Source of the DNA: Bugula neritina
Taxonomy: Eukaryota; Animalia; Bryozoa
DNA: 64,000 bases
Assembly: GCA_964035545.1 (NCBI GenBank)
Contig: OZ037773.1
Coordinates: forward strand, 8,833,751 to 8,897,750
Reading direction: 5' to 3'
Shown here: positions 62,304 through 64,000 of the stretch, piece after piece
How positions within the stretch are numbered: the stretch's first letter is position 1
How the letters are laid out: every line of letters starts with the position of its first letter
Notes under the pieces: generated by a model
What the model was told of the DNA's origin: nothing
The model's database searches: none
Seen by the model: only the letters and a program-made list of their open reading frames with translations
Made by a program: the position numbers and the translations under genes

Positions 62304-62755
62304 TTGTGTTCTGTTTGCAGTGTACATGTCTTGTGGAAACAAAATTGTGTATTAAGTGACTTCTATGTTACGTGTTGCAATTTACACTGTGTAGTTTAGT
62401 TGACACTCTGCTGTATAGTACATTTTATACATGATTTATAGGTCATTAATGTGACAACAACAATTACCTTTCACAGTTATTTGCCTTTTTTGTATCGAGA
62501 TTTTAGAGTTGTCTCCTTTTTCAACCTATTGATTCCTAATATGTTCAGTAACTTATATAGAAATATCACCTTAACTATGATAATAACAAACTCTCTAGAT
62601 GTAGACTGTATGGGATGAACTTTTTTAAATGCATGAAGATGATTATACTATTCAGGTCAGAGTCTATAGTTCACATTATATCCCATGTGTGTCTCATAAA
62701 TTAGTTGTATGCACTGTTTTGTAATCAAGGAATCAATTTGAATCTAGATTTATAG

Positions 62756-63045
62756 TAGCTAGTATTATTTAGTTGTAGTAGTATTATTTAGTTGTAGTAG
62801 TATTATTTAGTTGTATAGTAGTATTATTTAGTTGTAGTAGTATTATTTAGTTGTAGTAGTATTATTTAGTTGTAGTAGTATTATTTAGCTGTAGTAGTAT
62901 TATTTAGTTGTAGTAGTATTATTTAGTTGTAGTAGCATTATTTAGTTGTAGTAGTATTATTTAGTTGTAGTAGTATTATTTAGTTGTAGTAGTATTATTT
63001 AGTTGTAGTAGTATTATATTGTTGTAGTAGTATTATTTAGTTGCT
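62756..63045. repeat. 19-bp minisatellite (TAGTATTATTTAGTTGTAG), about 15 units
   Basis: Directly visible; about 4 units at 42558-42632 and about 1 at 52607-52626 in the paralogous positions. Confidence 0.92.
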
Positions 63046-63687
63046 AATAATAAAAATGATAAAATCCAAACAGTTGTGAAATCATCTAGCAATGTGCTAT
63101 ATTAATATAAAACTCATGCAAAGCTATAATTGATGAGAGAAGAAACAGCAAGTCTATAGTTGGACACAGAGATTGAGCTAACTGATTATTGCAAAAGTTA
63201 CCAGTGTTGAATACATAATTTTATATATATTTATAGTATATTGAATTGTCTTCCCCTTGACCTACATGTACCATGTACCTCTACATGTCAACAAAGTAGT
63301 AGTTCTCTTACTTCGATCAGCATACTAAAACATAGAGGCCATGCAGTGACTTCCTGTAAACTAGTAATAATAGTGATGACCCTGCAGGAGGAGAAAACAC
63401 CTCTGAATACAACTGATATATAATTTATATAGTCAGCACGTAGCTGGGAACTGGGACTAACATATTCAACAGTTATAAGCTCAGTTACACCCTTCTAGAA
63501 TATTCTATTCTTATATCACACTTATAGTTGACAGTCACTCTGTAAGGTGGAAATGTACTCATGTGTCTTATCTCGTTTATTTGTATTAACATAGCTACGG
63601 AGATGAAACTGGAAGATGACTACTAAACAGTGGGGAAGAACTGGGAAAAACCTAACATGCAGTCACGTGACCATATACTCTTGAGTA

Positions 63688-64000
63688 GGGGTAACGGGGG
63701 CACAACGGGCCGAATTTTGCATTTGTTGCTCTCATTCGTCTGTTTTTCAAGTTACTAGTTCAATAATTTCTGGTCTTAATGCTTCATCTGTTGTCTATTA
63801 CAGGTACCAGTTTGTTGTTTCTATCTCTTTCACAACTTTCAGAATAATGAAATTTTCATGACGAAAAAATTGGCCCATTGTGCCCCGGTACCGGGGTACA
63901 ATGGGCCACTGGGTAGGACACAACAAATATATTGAAATTTTGCGTATTTTGTTACATCTGATCTTTATTTATTTAATATTACAAATAAATAAAGATACTC
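63688..64000. mobile_element. Probable left end of a TA-flanked DNA transposon (Tc1/pogo-like), truncated by the window
   Basis: TA|GGGGTAACGGGGGCACAACGGGCC; the same motif recurs as a 38-bp palindrome at 63871-63908. The other end is not visible. Confidence 0.5.

Overview
AT-rich, intron-containing animal (invertebrate-type) genomic DNA; the species cannot be fixed from sequence. All gene models were built by hand from GT-AG junctions and frame continuity. (1) 50-5395: two tandem 5-exon paralogs encoding small secreted proteins with 10 conserved Cys and a four-helix-cytokine-like layout. (2) 6873-14772: two convergent 5-exon paralogs with a divergent Bcl-2-like fold and no C-terminal membrane anchor; one carries a zinc-finger-rich tail. 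(3) 15168-22734: DCAF5/WDR22, a WD40 gene. (4) 25182-62303: a tandem array built on an unrecognised ~300-aa helical domain. It holds one stand-alone gene and three genes joining the domain to a hydrophobic segment and a hypervariable beta-propeller; the array shows chimerism, a probable conversion tract and lesions in the third copy. (5) Repeats: a decayed Gypsy LTR element, a second Gypsy pol fragment, several MITE families, two tRNA-derived SINE families, and micro- and minisatellites. The best candidate for an undescribed system is the helical-domain/propeller array read as a receptor-plus-adaptor set. The Bcl-2/zinc-finger fusion and the cytokine-like pair come next. Functional readings are inference and need structure prediction and RNA-seq.
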